Assembly (NCBI GenBank): GCA_903875045.1
Contig: CAIQUS010000175.1
Coordinates: forward strand, 10,409 to 74,408
DNA: 64,000 nt
Reading direction: 5' to 3'
DNA from: an uncultured Bacteroidales bacterium
GTDB lineage: Bacteria; Bacteroidota; Bacteroidia; Bacteroidales; FEN-979
Part shown: piece by piece, positions 52,066 to 61,323 of the stretch
Numbering within the stretch: position 1 is the stretch's first letter
Layout of the letters: every line of letters begins with the position of its first letter
The notes under the pieces: generated by a model
What the model saw: the letters and a program-made list of their open reading frames with translations, nothing else
Database searches by the model: none
Told to the model about the DNA's origin: nothing
Translations under genes and position numbers: made by a program

Positions 52066-55000
52066 TGGATAACAAACAGTTTCAGCTCAAAATAGCAGGT
52101 TTGCAAACTGCATTCGAAGGTGATATTTATTCGGATGATACCCACCGGCTGCTTTATGCAACCGATGCATCGGCCTACCGGGAAATCCCTTTAGGGGTCG
52201 CACGACCAAAAAATGCCGGCGATATCAGGCAACTTATCCGGTTTGCCAATGAAACAAAGGTTCCGCTTATTCCGCGTGCTGCCGGTACTTCACTGGCCGG
52301 CCAGGTAGTTGGTTCCGGACTGGTGGTGGATGTGTCGCGCTACATGACGCAAATCCTGGAGATCAATGCTGCAGAACACTGGGTACGGGTGCAACCGGGC
52401 GTAATCCTCGACGAACTGAATAAAGTTGTTGAAAAACAGGGACTTTTCTTCGGCCCCGAAACCAGCACATCCAGCCGCTGTATGATGGGCGGCATGACAG
52501 GTAACAACTCATGCGGAGCCCACTCTATCCTTTATGGCAGTACCCGTGATCATGTGATTTCAGTCAAAGGATTGCTAAGCGATGGTTCTGAAGTGGAATT
52601 CAGTGAATTAACCCCGGATGAATTCAGGAATAAATGTTCCGGGGATGCACTTGAAAACAAAATATACCGTCAGATCAGCGAAATACTCTCCGACCCTGAA
52701 ACACAGGAAAACATCCGGAAAGAGTACCCCGATCCCTCTATTCACCGGCGCAACACAGGCTACGCTTTGGATCTTCTTTTAAACACAGCACCTTTTCGTC
52801 CCGGGGTGGAATTTTCCAATTTCCAATTTCCAATTTCCAATTTCGAAACGAACCCTTCGCCTGTCCACCCGCCCACCCGCCCACTTGTCCACCCCTTCAA
52901 CTTCTGCAAACTCATCGTCGGCAGCGAAGGTACCCTCATCTTCATGACCGAGATCAAGTTGAACCTGGTTCCTTTGCCACCGAAGGAGAAAGCGTTGATT
53001 TGTGTGCATTGCCATACCATTGCAGAATCTTTGAAAGCAAACCTGATTGCCCTTAAATATGGTCCCGGTTCTGTAGAATTGATGGATAAGGCAATCATGG
53101 ACTGCACACGCGACAACATCACGCAGCGGCAGAACCGGTTTTTCATCGAAGGTGACCCGGGTGCCATTCTCATCATTGAGTTTGCCCGTGAAACACGGGA
53201 AGAAATATTGGATATTTACACTCGTCTCGAGGCTGAAATGCGTTCTGCCGGACTTGGATATCATTTCCCGATCGTTTTTCCACCCGACGTAAAAAAGGTA
53301 TGGGACCTGCGGAAAGCCGGGCTCGGAGTGCTTTCAAACTATCCGGGCGACCGGAAACCCGTTCCTGTTACGGAAGATACTGCAGTTTCCCCGGCTGTTC
53401 TTCCTGATTATATTGAGGAGTTCAACCAGATGCTTGTCCGTCTCGGGCTTGATTGTGTTTACTACGCCCACGTTGGTTCCGGGGAATTGCATCTTCGTCC
53501 CGTGCTCAACCTCAAGGATCCCGGGGATGTTGAACTTTTTCATACTGTCGCACTTGAAACGGCGAAATTGGTGAAGAAGTACAACGGATCCCTGTCAGGA
53601 GAACATGGCGATGGCCGTTTACGTGGTGAATTCATTCCCCTGATGCTGGGGGAAAAAATCTATAACCTGTTTAAAAGTATCAAGGAAGTTTGGGACCCGA
53701 ACCATATTTTCAATCCGAACAAGATCGTTGATACCCCGAAAATGAATACAAATCTGCGGTTCAAGCCCGGAATGCCTGTGCGTGACATTCCGACCGTATT
53801 TGACTTTTCGGGAAGTCATGGGATTCTTCGCGCAGCAGAACAGTGCAATGGTTCGGGCGACTGCCGCAACACAGTCATCACCGGTCGGTATATGTGTCCG
53901 TCGTACATGGCTGTGAAAGATGAAAACACCACAACACGTGCACGGGCAAACTTGCTCAGGGAGTTTCTAACCAACTCACCAAAATTGAATCCATTTGATC
54001 ATCAGGAGATCTATGATGTGATGGATTTATGCTTATCCTGTAAAGCCTGTAAATCGGAATGCCCTTCGAACGTTGATGTTGCCAAACTAAAAGCCGAATT
54101 TCTCCAACACTGGTATGATGCACATGGAATTTCACTGCGTTCGCGGCTGATCGCCAACATTACACGGGTAAATCAACTTGGAAGCTTCGCTCCTTCCCTT
54201 TTCAATTTCTTTCTGAAAAACCGTCTCTTTTCCGGGATCACAAAAAATATTCTTGGCTTTGCACCTGACAGGAATATCCCGTTACTCTATGCCACAACGC
54301 TCCGCAGCTGGGCGGCTAAAAACCTGCAGCGAGGCAGGGACAGTACCAAATCAGACGCTGACAGACCAACCGGTCGTACCATCTATTTATTTGCCGATGA
54401 ATTCACAAATTTCAATGATGTTGAGATTGGCATCAAGGCCATCAAACTGTTAAATGCCTTCGGTTACCACGTGATTATCCCCGATCATGCTGAAAGCGGT
54501 CGCACTTATCTGTCGAAAGGGCTTATCAGGAAAGCAAAACAACTGGCCGTTGAAAATGTAAATAAATTAAAGGACCTGATCTCCGCTGAAACGCCCTTGA
54601 TCGGTATTGAACCCTCTGCCATCCTCACCTTCCGCGACGAATATCCCGAACTGGTCGATACCTCGCTGAAAGAAACCGCTGTGAATTTGGCGAAAAATGC
54701 ATTGATGTTTGATGAGTTTTTGGTGAAGATCACCTCCGGTGAAGGGAAAGAACACTTTCAAACCCCCTCCGGACTTTTTACAGATAAATCCCGGATTATC
54801 AAGCTGCACGGACATTGCCATCAAAAAGCACTGGCATCTGTCGGATCAACAAAACAGATGCTGATGATACCTGCCAATTATAAGGTGGAGGAGATCAAAT
54901 CGGGTTGCTGCGGCATGGCAGGCTCGTTTGGTTATGAGGAGGAGCACTATGAAGTATCGATGAAAGTCGGGGAACTCGTGCTGTTTCCTGAAGTCAGGAA

Positions 55001-55121
55001 AGCGGCACAGGATGTGATCATCGCAGCCCCGGGAACTTCATGCCGCCACCAGATCATGGATGGCACAGGCAGGAAAGCGTTGCATCCGATTGAGGTGCTC
55101 TTTGATGCGTTGGGGAGATAG
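52065..55121 (+). CDS. ydiJ: FAD-linked oxidase fused to Fe-S/CCG domains (YdiJ-like, candidate D-2-hydroxyglutarate dehydrogenase)
   Basis: The ATG overlaps the upstream stop (TAATG). FAD_binding_4 block IPRAAGTSLAGQ. GlcD-like C-domain GSLSGEHGDGRLR. Ferredoxin-type CLSCKACKSECP plus CNGSGDCRN. C-terminal CCG-type CCGMAGSFG. Confidence 0.8.
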   Translation: MDNKQFQLKIAGLQTAFEGDIYSDDTHRLLYATDASAYREIPLGVARPKNAGDIRQLIRFANETKVPLIPRAAGTSLAGQVVGSGLVVDVSRYMTQILEINAAEHWVRVQPGVILDELNKVVEKQGLFFGPETSTSSRCMMGGMTGNNSCGAHSILYGSTRDHVISVKGLLSDGSEVEFSELTPDEFRNKCSGDALENKIYRQISEILSDPETQENIRKEYPDPSIHRRNTGYALDLLLNTAPFRPGVEFSNFQFPISNFETNPSPVHPPTRPLVHPFNFCKLIVGSEGTLIFMTEIKLNLVPLPPKEKALICVHCHTIAESLKANLIALKYGPGSVELMDKAIMDCTRDNITQRQNRFFIEGDPGAILIIEFARETREEILDIYTRLEAEMRSAGLGYHFPIVFPPDVKKVWDLRKAGLGVLSNYPGDRKPVPVTEDTAVSPAVLPDYIEEFNQMLVRLGLDCVYYAHVGSGELHLRPVLNLKDPGDVELFHTVALETAKLVKKYNGSLSGEHGDGRLRGEFIPLMLGEKIYNLFKSIKEVWDPNHIFNPNKIVDTPKMNTNLRFKPGMPVRDIPTVFDFSGSHGILRAAEQCNGSGDCRNTVITGRYMCPSYMAVKDENTTTRARANLLREFLTNSPKLNPFDHQEIYDVMDLCLSCKACKSECPSNVDVAKLKAEFLQHWYDAHGISLRSRLIANITRVNQLGSFAPSLFNFFLKNRLFSGITKNILGFAPDRNIPLLYATTLRSWAAKNLQRGRDSTKSDADRPTGRTIYLFADEFTNFNDVEIGIKAIKLLNAFGYHVIIPDHAESGRTYLSKGLIRKAKQLAVENVNKLKDLISAETPLIGIEPSAILTFRDEYPELVDTSLKETAVNLAKNALMFDEFLVKITSGEGKEHFQTPSGLFTDKSRIIKLHGHCHQKALASVGSTKQMLMIPANYKVEEIKSGCCGMAGSFGYEEEHYEVSMKVGELVLFPEVRKAAQDVIIAAPGTSCRHQIMDGTGRKALHPIEVLFDALGR
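52809..52895. repeat. 7-bp array plus inverted 8-bp array embedded in frame inside the ydiJ-like CDS
   Basis: Four perfect CCAATTT units at 52816-52843. Then ctgtccac ccgcccac ccgcccac ttgtccac (52861-52892), the reverse complement of the GTGGRCRR units found at 55122-55171. Confidence 0.85.
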
Positions 55122-55171
55122 CGGGCAGGTGGACAGGTGGGCAGGTTGGCAAGTGGGCAAGTGACAGGTGG
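55122..55171. repeat. 8-bp tandem array (family F3)
   Basis: cgggcag GTGGACAG GTGGGCAG GTTGGCAA GTGGGCAA GTGACAG GTGG begins on the base after the TAG stop at 55119-55121. Confidence 0.9.
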
Positions 55172-55215
55172 ATGAATCATTTTGTATCTTTGCAAAAGAT
55201 AAAACTTACCAAAGG

Positions 55216-57615
55216 GTGATAAGATCTTTTTTTTCTATACCGTGCTTTCTCTGGATTTTTAGTATTTGTGGGATTTTTGTTTCAACAAATGCGTCAGGGC
55301 AGCTCACAGTTGTGCAGGGAGCCGCTTTGGGAATGACTCCTTTGCAACTCGTGCAAAACTACCTGGTTGGAGCCGGAATTACGGTGAGCAATGTCACATT
55401 TAACGGGACTTCCGAAAGCATCACCTCCAATCAGGTTGGTACTTTTGCCACATCTGGTGGCGCAACAACCCAACTGGGACTTGCAGGTGGTATATTGATG
55501 ACTTCGGGCAAGGCAAGCATTGCCATCGGGCCAAATAATTCGGGAAGCGCCGGGTATCAGGTTGGCGGACCTGGTGATCCTGACCTCAACGTGTTGTCGG
55601 GATCCAACACCTTCGATAAAGCAGTGATCGAATTTGATTTCATTCCTCAGTTTGACACCGTGCGGTTTCGATATGTATTCGGATCTGATGAATTCTTTGA
55701 ATATTGTAACCAGTTCAATGATGCATTTGGCTTCTTCCTTAGCGGGCCGGGGATCTCTGGTACTTTTTCCAATAACAGTGTGAACATCGCCCGTATGCCG
55801 GGTTCGCTGAATAACTATGTAACGATCAACAATATTTGTGCAAATACATTGTCACGCTGGTCAAATCCATCAGGCGGTACATATTACCAATACGATGGCC
55901 TTACTTACGTTTACACAGCCTGGTACGTTGTACAGCCATGCAATACCTACCATATCAAGCTGGCTATTGGTGATGCTGTTGATAAACAGTATGATTCGGG
56001 GGTGTTTCTCGAACAGAACAGTTTCAGCAGTCCCGGGGTGAATATGATCAACAACAGTACCATTCCGCTTCTTGGAAACAAAGCCGTTGAAGGTTGCAAC
56101 GATGTGGCCATTAATTTCAGACTGGAGGCCATCCTTACCTACCCGTATACCATTCATTACTCGGTTGGGGGAACGGCAGTGAATGGCATTGACTACACTC
56201 AGATAAACGATTACGTAACCTTTCCGCCGGGTGAAGACAGTGTGAACGTGATGATCCATCCCATTCCCGATAACCTGCCGGAAGGTCAGAAGACGGTAAT
56301 TCTCAGCCTGAACCAGATTTCATGTGATGGTCAGGTTAAAAGAGATACAGTATATATCGACGACTATATCCCGATGACCATTGAACCAAATCATGATACC
56401 ACTATGTGTTACGGAGGCAGTATCGTCCTGAAAGCCAATACCACCGGTGGAATCATGCCACTTGCCTACCATTGGAATTTCCCGGGAAACGACAGCATTG
56501 CATTCCTCACTCCACCGGTTGGCAACAATGTTTATACGATAAAAGTTACAGATGTTTGTACTCATGCGGTATCTGATACGGCACTGGTTTTGGTTCATCC
56601 GGTTCCTGTGGCCAATGCCGGAACAAATGTGACCATTGCCAACGGAACCAGCACCACCCTGCATGGCACGGCAAGCGGCGGATATGGGAATTACAGCTTT
56701 TCATGGACATCAAATCCTCCGGGTTTCACTTCATCCCTTGCTGAACCATCAACAGGGAATATGACCCACTCAATTATTTATTTACTTACAGTCACTGACC
56801 TTTCCAGTGGTTGTGTGAGTTTATCATCCCAGGTGATTGTATCGGTTGAAGGTGGCATCCTTTCTGTCAACCCTGTTTCAATACCCGACGCGGTGTGCCT
56901 CGGTGACACGGCACATCTTTTTGCCTTGTCCGGAGGCGGTTCAGGTATCTATTCTTACCAGTGGAGTTCAACTCCTGCCGGATTTACTTCCACAGAATCA
57001 AATCCATTCGTAACTCCAACAGAAACAACGTCCTACAGCATTGTTGTCAACGATGGGTTTAACCAATTGAACAGAAGTACCAATGTAGTCGTTTATCCGC
57101 TGCCACAAATCCATCTTGGCCCGGTTGACTCCAGCGTTTGTATTTATGACATTGTGAACCTTGATGCAGGCAACCAGGGTTCAACCTACAAATGGTCGGA
57201 CGGTTCAACCAGCCGCTATCTTAGCGCTTCCACCACAGGAATCGGTTACGACGTTCAAACCTATTCCGTTACAGTAACCAATCAAAACGGATGCGCCAAC
57301 GAGGCAACTATCCATATCGTTTTCACTTTTGACGATTGCGTTGGTGTTGAGGAACATTCTGCAAATGCAAACTTTTCGGTGTTTCCAAATCCGGCACACG
57401 GAACCTTCAGGCTTCTGGTCAGGACTCCGGTTGTTCAAGCGACCGTAGAATTGATTAACATGTTTGGAACAACCATTTTAAGCGGTTCCCTCATTCGATC
57501 AGCAAATCCTGTGATGGACCACGTGTTTGATATTTCAGGTATTCCAGCGGGAATGTATATCCTGTTTGTAAGAAGTGATGCGTTTTCCGGCTCGGTTAAG
57601 CTGGTCGTTCAGTAA
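55216..57615 (+). CDS. T9SS-secreted choice-of-anchor-L domain protein with Ig-like repeats
   Basis: Signal peptide (V)IRSFFSIPCFLWIFSICGIFVSTNASGQ. Choice-of-anchor-L pattern TPLQLVQNYLVGAGITVSNVTFNG...GPGDPDL...AVIEFDFIP...RFRYVFGSDEFFEY...NDAFGFFLSGPGI. C-terminus FSVFPNPAHGTFRL...VKLVVQ is a T9SS sorting domain. There is no ATG, so GTG 55216 is preferred to GTG 55168, which lies inside the repeat. Confidence 0.8.
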   Translation: MIRSFFSIPCFLWIFSICGIFVSTNASGQLTVVQGAALGMTPLQLVQNYLVGAGITVSNVTFNGTSESITSNQVGTFATSGGATTQLGLAGGILMTSGKASIAIGPNNSGSAGYQVGGPGDPDLNVLSGSNTFDKAVIEFDFIPQFDTVRFRYVFGSDEFFEYCNQFNDAFGFFLSGPGISGTFSNNSVNIARMPGSLNNYVTINNICANTLSRWSNPSGGTYYQYDGLTYVYTAWYVVQPCNTYHIKLAIGDAVDKQYDSGVFLEQNSFSSPGVNMINNSTIPLLGNKAVEGCNDVAINFRLEAILTYPYTIHYSVGGTAVNGIDYTQINDYVTFPPGEDSVNVMIHPIPDNLPEGQKTVILSLNQISCDGQVKRDTVYIDDYIPMTIEPNHDTTMCYGGSIVLKANTTGGIMPLAYHWNFPGNDSIAFLTPPVGNNVYTIKVTDVCTHAVSDTALVLVHPVPVANAGTNVTIANGTSTTLHGTASGGYGNYSFSWTSNPPGFTSSLAEPSTGNMTHSIIYLLTVTDLSSGCVSLSSQVIVSVEGGILSVNPVSIPDAVCLGDTAHLFALSGGGSGIYSYQWSSTPAGFTSTESNPFVTPTETTSYSIVVNDGFNQLNRSTNVVVYPLPQIHLGPVDSSVCIYDIVNLDAGNQGSTYKWSDGSTSRYLSASTTGIGYDVQTYSVTVTNQNGCANEATIHIVFTFDDCVGVEEHSANANFSVFPNPAHGTFRLLVRTPVVQATVELINMFGTTILSGSLIRSANPVMDHVFDISGIPAGMYILFVRSDAFSGSVKLVVQ

Positions 57616-57748
57616 ACCTTTTTGCATCCTTTCCGGTACATCAATCCCCTGCAGTTTCAGCGATTTCCGTATGTTGAGTGACTTTTGTCAGGTATTTCGG
57701 TGTAAAGTTATGCTGAATTCAATTTAACCTGATTTTTTTTTCAACAGT

Positions 57749-57779
57749 TTTGTTAGTTCCCGAAAAATGAGTAGGTTTG
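57749..57779 (+). promoter_or_regulatory. candidate Bacteroidota promoter (-33 TTTG / -7 TAGGTTTG)
   Basis: TTTG at 57749-57752 and TAGGTTTG at 57772-57779 are 19 nt apart, matching the Bacteroides TTTG-N19-21-TAnnTTTG consensus. It lies 64 nt upstream of the ATG at 57843. Confidence 0.4.
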
Positions 57780-57842
57780 CACACAATCTCCTGATATTTA
57801 TAAATTCCAAACTATATTTCAAACTCAAAAAGCGAGGTTAGC

Positions 57843-59180
57843 ATGAAAAAAAATGTAATTATTATTGGTGCTGCCGGAAGAGATTTTCATAATTTCAACA
57901 CGTACTATCGCGATAACGCCGATTTTAACGTGGTAGCTTTTACAGCTGCACAAATTCCGGACATAGATGGTCGAAAATACCCTGCCGAACTGGCTGGTAA
58001 ACTTTATCCCAAGGGAATACCCATTTTTGCCGAATCTGAACTGGTTCCGCTGATCAAAAAACACAATGTTGAAATCTGCAACTTTGCCTACAGCGATGTC
58101 CCTTACCAGAGGGTGATGAACATCAGTTCCATCGTGAATGCGGCCGGGGCCAATTTTTTATTGATCGGGCCGAAAGACACCATGATCAAAAGTACAAAAC
58201 CTGTGATTGCTGTTGGTGCCACCCGTACCGGCTGCGGCAAAAGCCAGACTTCACGGAGAATTATTGAAATCCTGATGGCAAAAGGTCTCAAGGTTGTTGC
58301 GGTTCGTCACCCGATGCCATACGGCGACCTGGTTGCTCAGAAAGTTCAGCGTTTTGCAACAGTTGGCGACCTGGCGAAACACAAATGTACCATTGAAGAG
58401 ATGGAAGAGTATGAACCACATGTTGACCGCGGAAATGTTATTTATGCAGGCGTTGATTATGAAGCCATCCTGCGTGCCGCCGAGAAAGATCCGGATGGCT
58501 GCGACATTATCCTCTGGGACGGTGGAAACAATGACTTCCCTTTCTACAAACCCGATCTGATGGTCACGGTAGCCGACCCTCACCGCCCTGGTGCTGAGGA
58601 AAGTTATTACCCCGGTGAAGTAAATATCCGGATTGCAGATGTGGTTGTTCTGAATAAAATCGATTCTGCTTATCCTGAAAACATTAAAACGGTTCGGGAT
58701 AATATTCAGAAAATCAATCCGAAAGCAATTGTTGTCGATGGCGCCTCCCCTATCCGTGTTGATGATGAATCAATCATCCGCGGGAAAAGAGTGCTTGTGA
58801 TCGAAGATGGCCCTACACTTACCCACGGCGAAATGAAGATTGGCGCAGGTGTGGTGGCGGCCCAGAAATATGGCGCTGCCGAATTGGTTGACCCACGCCC
58901 TTATGTTGTTGGAAAATTGGCAGAAACATTTCGCATTTATCCAAATATCGGCCAATTGTTGCCTGCAATGGGCTATGGCGATCAGCAGGTCAAGGATCTT
59001 GAAGCCACCATCAATAAAGTTGTCTGCGATTCAGTGGTCATTGCCACGCCGATCGATCTCAACCGTCTCGTGAAGATCAAGAAACCAAATACCAGGGTTT
59101 ACTATGATCTTCAGGAAATCGGAAAACCCGATCTCGATGATATTCTGGATGGTTTTCTGAAAAAACACAAAATTAAGTAG
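57843..59180 (+). CDS. COG2403-type P-loop NTPase (cyclic 2,3-diphosphoglycerate synthetase-like)
   Basis: 445 aa. N-terminus MKKNVIIIGAAGRDFHNFN...FTAAQIPDI and P-loop VGATRTGCGKSQTS. The layout resembles the predicted-GTPase/cpgS family as I recall it. Confidence 0.6.
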   Translation: MKKNVIIIGAAGRDFHNFNTYYRDNADFNVVAFTAAQIPDIDGRKYPAELAGKLYPKGIPIFAESELVPLIKKHNVEICNFAYSDVPYQRVMNISSIVNAAGANFLLIGPKDTMIKSTKPVIAVGATRTGCGKSQTSRRIIEILMAKGLKVVAVRHPMPYGDLVAQKVQRFATVGDLAKHKCTIEEMEEYEPHVDRGNVIYAGVDYEAILRAAEKDPDGCDIILWDGGNNDFPFYKPDLMVTVADPHRPGAEESYYPGEVNIRIADVVVLNKIDSAYPENIKTVRDNIQKINPKAIVVDGASPIRVDDESIIRGKRVLVIEDGPTLTHGEMKIGAGVVAAQKYGAAELVDPRPYVVGKLAETFRIYPNIGQLLPAMGYGDQQVKDLEATINKVVCDSVVIATPIDLNRLVKIKKPNTRVYYDLQEIGKPDLDDILDGFLKKHKIK

Positions 59181-59182
59181 TT

Positions 59183-59216
59183 AAAAAAAATCCCGGTATT
59201 CACCGGGATTTTTTTA
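59183..59216 (+). terminator. rho-independent terminator
   Basis: A perfect 8-bp stem atcccggt / accgggat (59190-59197 and 59202-59209) with loop attc. It is preceded by an A-run and followed by TTTTTTT. Confidence 0.85.
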
Positions 59217-59255
59217 TATTTATTTAGCTGACAATCAACGATTAATAATGAAAAA

Positions 59256-60167
59256 ATGAAAAATAAGAGTTTAATCTCCATCAATGATTTTACCAGGGAA
59301 GAGCATATCCGCATCCTCGAACTTGCAGGTGCCTTCGAAAAGCGCCCCAGGCAGCACATTCTTGCTGATTATGTGGTAGCTACCCTGTTTTTCGAACCAT
59401 CCACACGTACACGCCTCAGCTTTGAAAGTGCTGCAACCCGTTTGGGAGCCAAGGTAATCGGTTTTACCGACTCCTCCAGTTCATCTGTGACAAAAGGAGA
59501 ATCGTTGCGGGATACCATACTTACGGTTAGCAATTACTGCGATATCATCGTCATGCGCCATCCGAGGGAAGGTAGCGCACGATTTGCCAGCGAAGTCGCC
59601 AAAGTGCCTGTGATCAATGCCGGTGATGGTGCCAACCAACATCCCACACAAACTCTGCTTGACCTATACTCTATCCGGAAAACACAAGGTTCACTGGATA
59701 ACCTGAATGTTGCCTTTGTGGGCGACCTCAAATACGGACGTACCGTTCATTCGCTCGTGCAGGCCCTGTGCAATTACAAAACAACATTTCACCTTGTTTC
59801 ACCACTTGAGTTAAAACTGCCAAGTTCCATCAAAATGTCAATTAAAGAGAGAAATCTAGAGTATTCTCAATCAACAGACTTGCTTGATGTTATTTCCAAG
59901 GTTGACATTTTATATATGACAAGGATACAGAAGGAACGGTTTTCAGATCCGCTGGATTATGAAAAGGTAAAAAACGCTTATATCCTGCGTAACAGTATGC
60001 TTGCAGATGCCAGATCAAACCTCAGGATACTTCACCCGCTGCCCAGGGTGAATGAGATCACAACCGATGTGGATGATAACCCGATGGCCTACTATTTCAC
60101 TCAGGCACTTAACGGGGTTTTCGTTCGTCAGGCTTTGCTTGCATCAATTCTTGGTGTTGTTGAATAA
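59256..60167 (+). CDS. pyrB: aspartate carbamoyltransferase catalytic subunit
   Basis: STRTRLSFE (carbamoyl-phosphate site), HPTQTLLD and HPLPRVNEI motifs. 303 aa. Confidence 0.95.
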   Translation: MKNKSLISINDFTREEHIRILELAGAFEKRPRQHILADYVVATLFFEPSTRTRLSFESAATRLGAKVIGFTDSSSSSVTKGESLRDTILTVSNYCDIIVMRHPREGSARFASEVAKVPVINAGDGANQHPTQTLLDLYSIRKTQGSLDNLNVAFVGDLKYGRTVHSLVQALCNYKTTFHLVSPLELKLPSSIKMSIKERNLEYSQSTDLLDVISKVDILYMTRIQKERFSDPLDYEKVKNAYILRNSMLADARSNLRILHPLPRVNEITTDVDDNPMAYYFTQALNGVFVRQALLASILGVVE

Positions 60168-60186
60168 CAGATAATAAACCATAATC

Positions 60187-60654
60187 ATGGAAAAAGAAAT
60201 TCTCAGAAAAGAACTCAAGGTCTCTGCCATTGAAAATGGCACGGTCATCGATCATATTCCTTCGGCAAGCGTATTCCAGGTTATCAAAATCTTAAACCTG
60301 ACCGAATACCAGAATCAACTATTGATTGCCACCAACCTCGACAGCCAGAAAATGGGAAAAAAGGGGATTATCAAGGTCAGCAATAAATTTTTCAAAAGCG
60401 ATGAAATTAACAAAATTGCCCTTTTTGCCCCTACTGCAACCCTGATCATCATCAAAAACTTCGAAGTGATTGAAAAGAAAAAAGTCGAAGTTCCCGATTT
60501 CGCCGAAAACATTGTAAAATGTTTTAATCCGAATTGCATTACCAACAACGAAGATGTCAATACCAAATTTACTGTCATCGACAAGACCGATCTGAAACTC
60601 AGATGCCATTACTGTGAAAAAATAACAGCCCGGAAGAATATTGCTTTCAGATAA
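60187..60654 (+). CDS. pyrI: aspartate carbamoyltransferase regulatory subunit
   Basis: VSAIENGTVIDHIP allosteric-domain motif and zinc-domain cysteines CFNPNC...CHYCE. 155 aa, 19 nt after pyrB. Confidence 0.9.
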   Translation: MEKEILRKELKVSAIENGTVIDHIPSASVFQVIKILNLTEYQNQLLIATNLDSQKMGKKGIIKVSNKFFKSDEINKIALFAPTATLIIIKNFEVIEKKKVEVPDFAENIVKCFNPNCITNNEDVNTKFTVIDKTDLKLRCHYCEKITARKNIAFR

Positions 60655-61301
60655 TGTTGCACCACGTCACCAGACTGATTGCCGAAGGCGAACATCAACA
60701 GCTCGATTTTAAATTTGAGATCGCCGATGCACACAAAATCGCCCGTACATTGGTTGCATTTGCAAATACCGATGGCGGGCGGTTATTAGTTGGGGTAAAA
60801 GACAACGGTGCCCTGGCAGGGGTGCGCTCAGAAGAGGAATACTATATGGTTGAGGCGGCTGCCAAAATGTACTGCAGGCCGGAAGTTGATTTCACGGTTA
60901 AAGAGTGGACTTTGAACAAAAAGACGATCCTTGAAATCAGGATTTTGAAAAGCGCAACCCGGCCCCATTTCGCACAACAAAAGGAGGGAAACTGGGTAGC
61001 CTATCATCGGGTAAAGGATCAGAATTTTGTCGTCAACCGTATCCTGATGAGAGTTTGGAAACTCGAAAATGCCAATCACGGAGTGTTTTTGAAATTTACT
61101 GATGCTGAGCGATTTCTTCTTGAATATTTGGAGAATAATACTTCTGTCACGCTGTCAAAGTTTATCCGCCTCACCGGAATTTCCAGAAAAAAAGCGGAAG
61201 ATATTCTTGTCCGGTTTTTGCTCCTTAAAATGGTTAATATGAATTTTACCGAAAATTTAACATTTTTCACCAAGAACCACTCTGCAAAACTCACAGAATA
61301 A
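60654..61301 (+). CDS. AlbA_2 (Schlafen-type, divergent AAA-4) domain protein with C-terminal wHTH-like region
   Basis: GEHQQLDFKFE...IARTLVAFANTDGGRLLVGVKDNGALAGV is the AlbA_2 signature. Its ATG overlaps the pyrI stop (TAATG). Confidence 0.75.
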   Translation: MLHHVTRLIAEGEHQQLDFKFEIADAHKIARTLVAFANTDGGRLLVGVKDNGALAGVRSEEEYYMVEAAAKMYCRPEVDFTVKEWTLNKKTILEIRILKSATRPHFAQQKEGNWVAYHRVKDQNFVVNRILMRVWKLENANHGVFLKFTDAERFLLEYLENNTSVTLSKFIRLTGISRKKAEDILVRFLLLKMVNMNFTENLTFFTKNHSAKLTE

Positions 61302-61323
61302 TGGTTAACTTTGCTGATACGAT

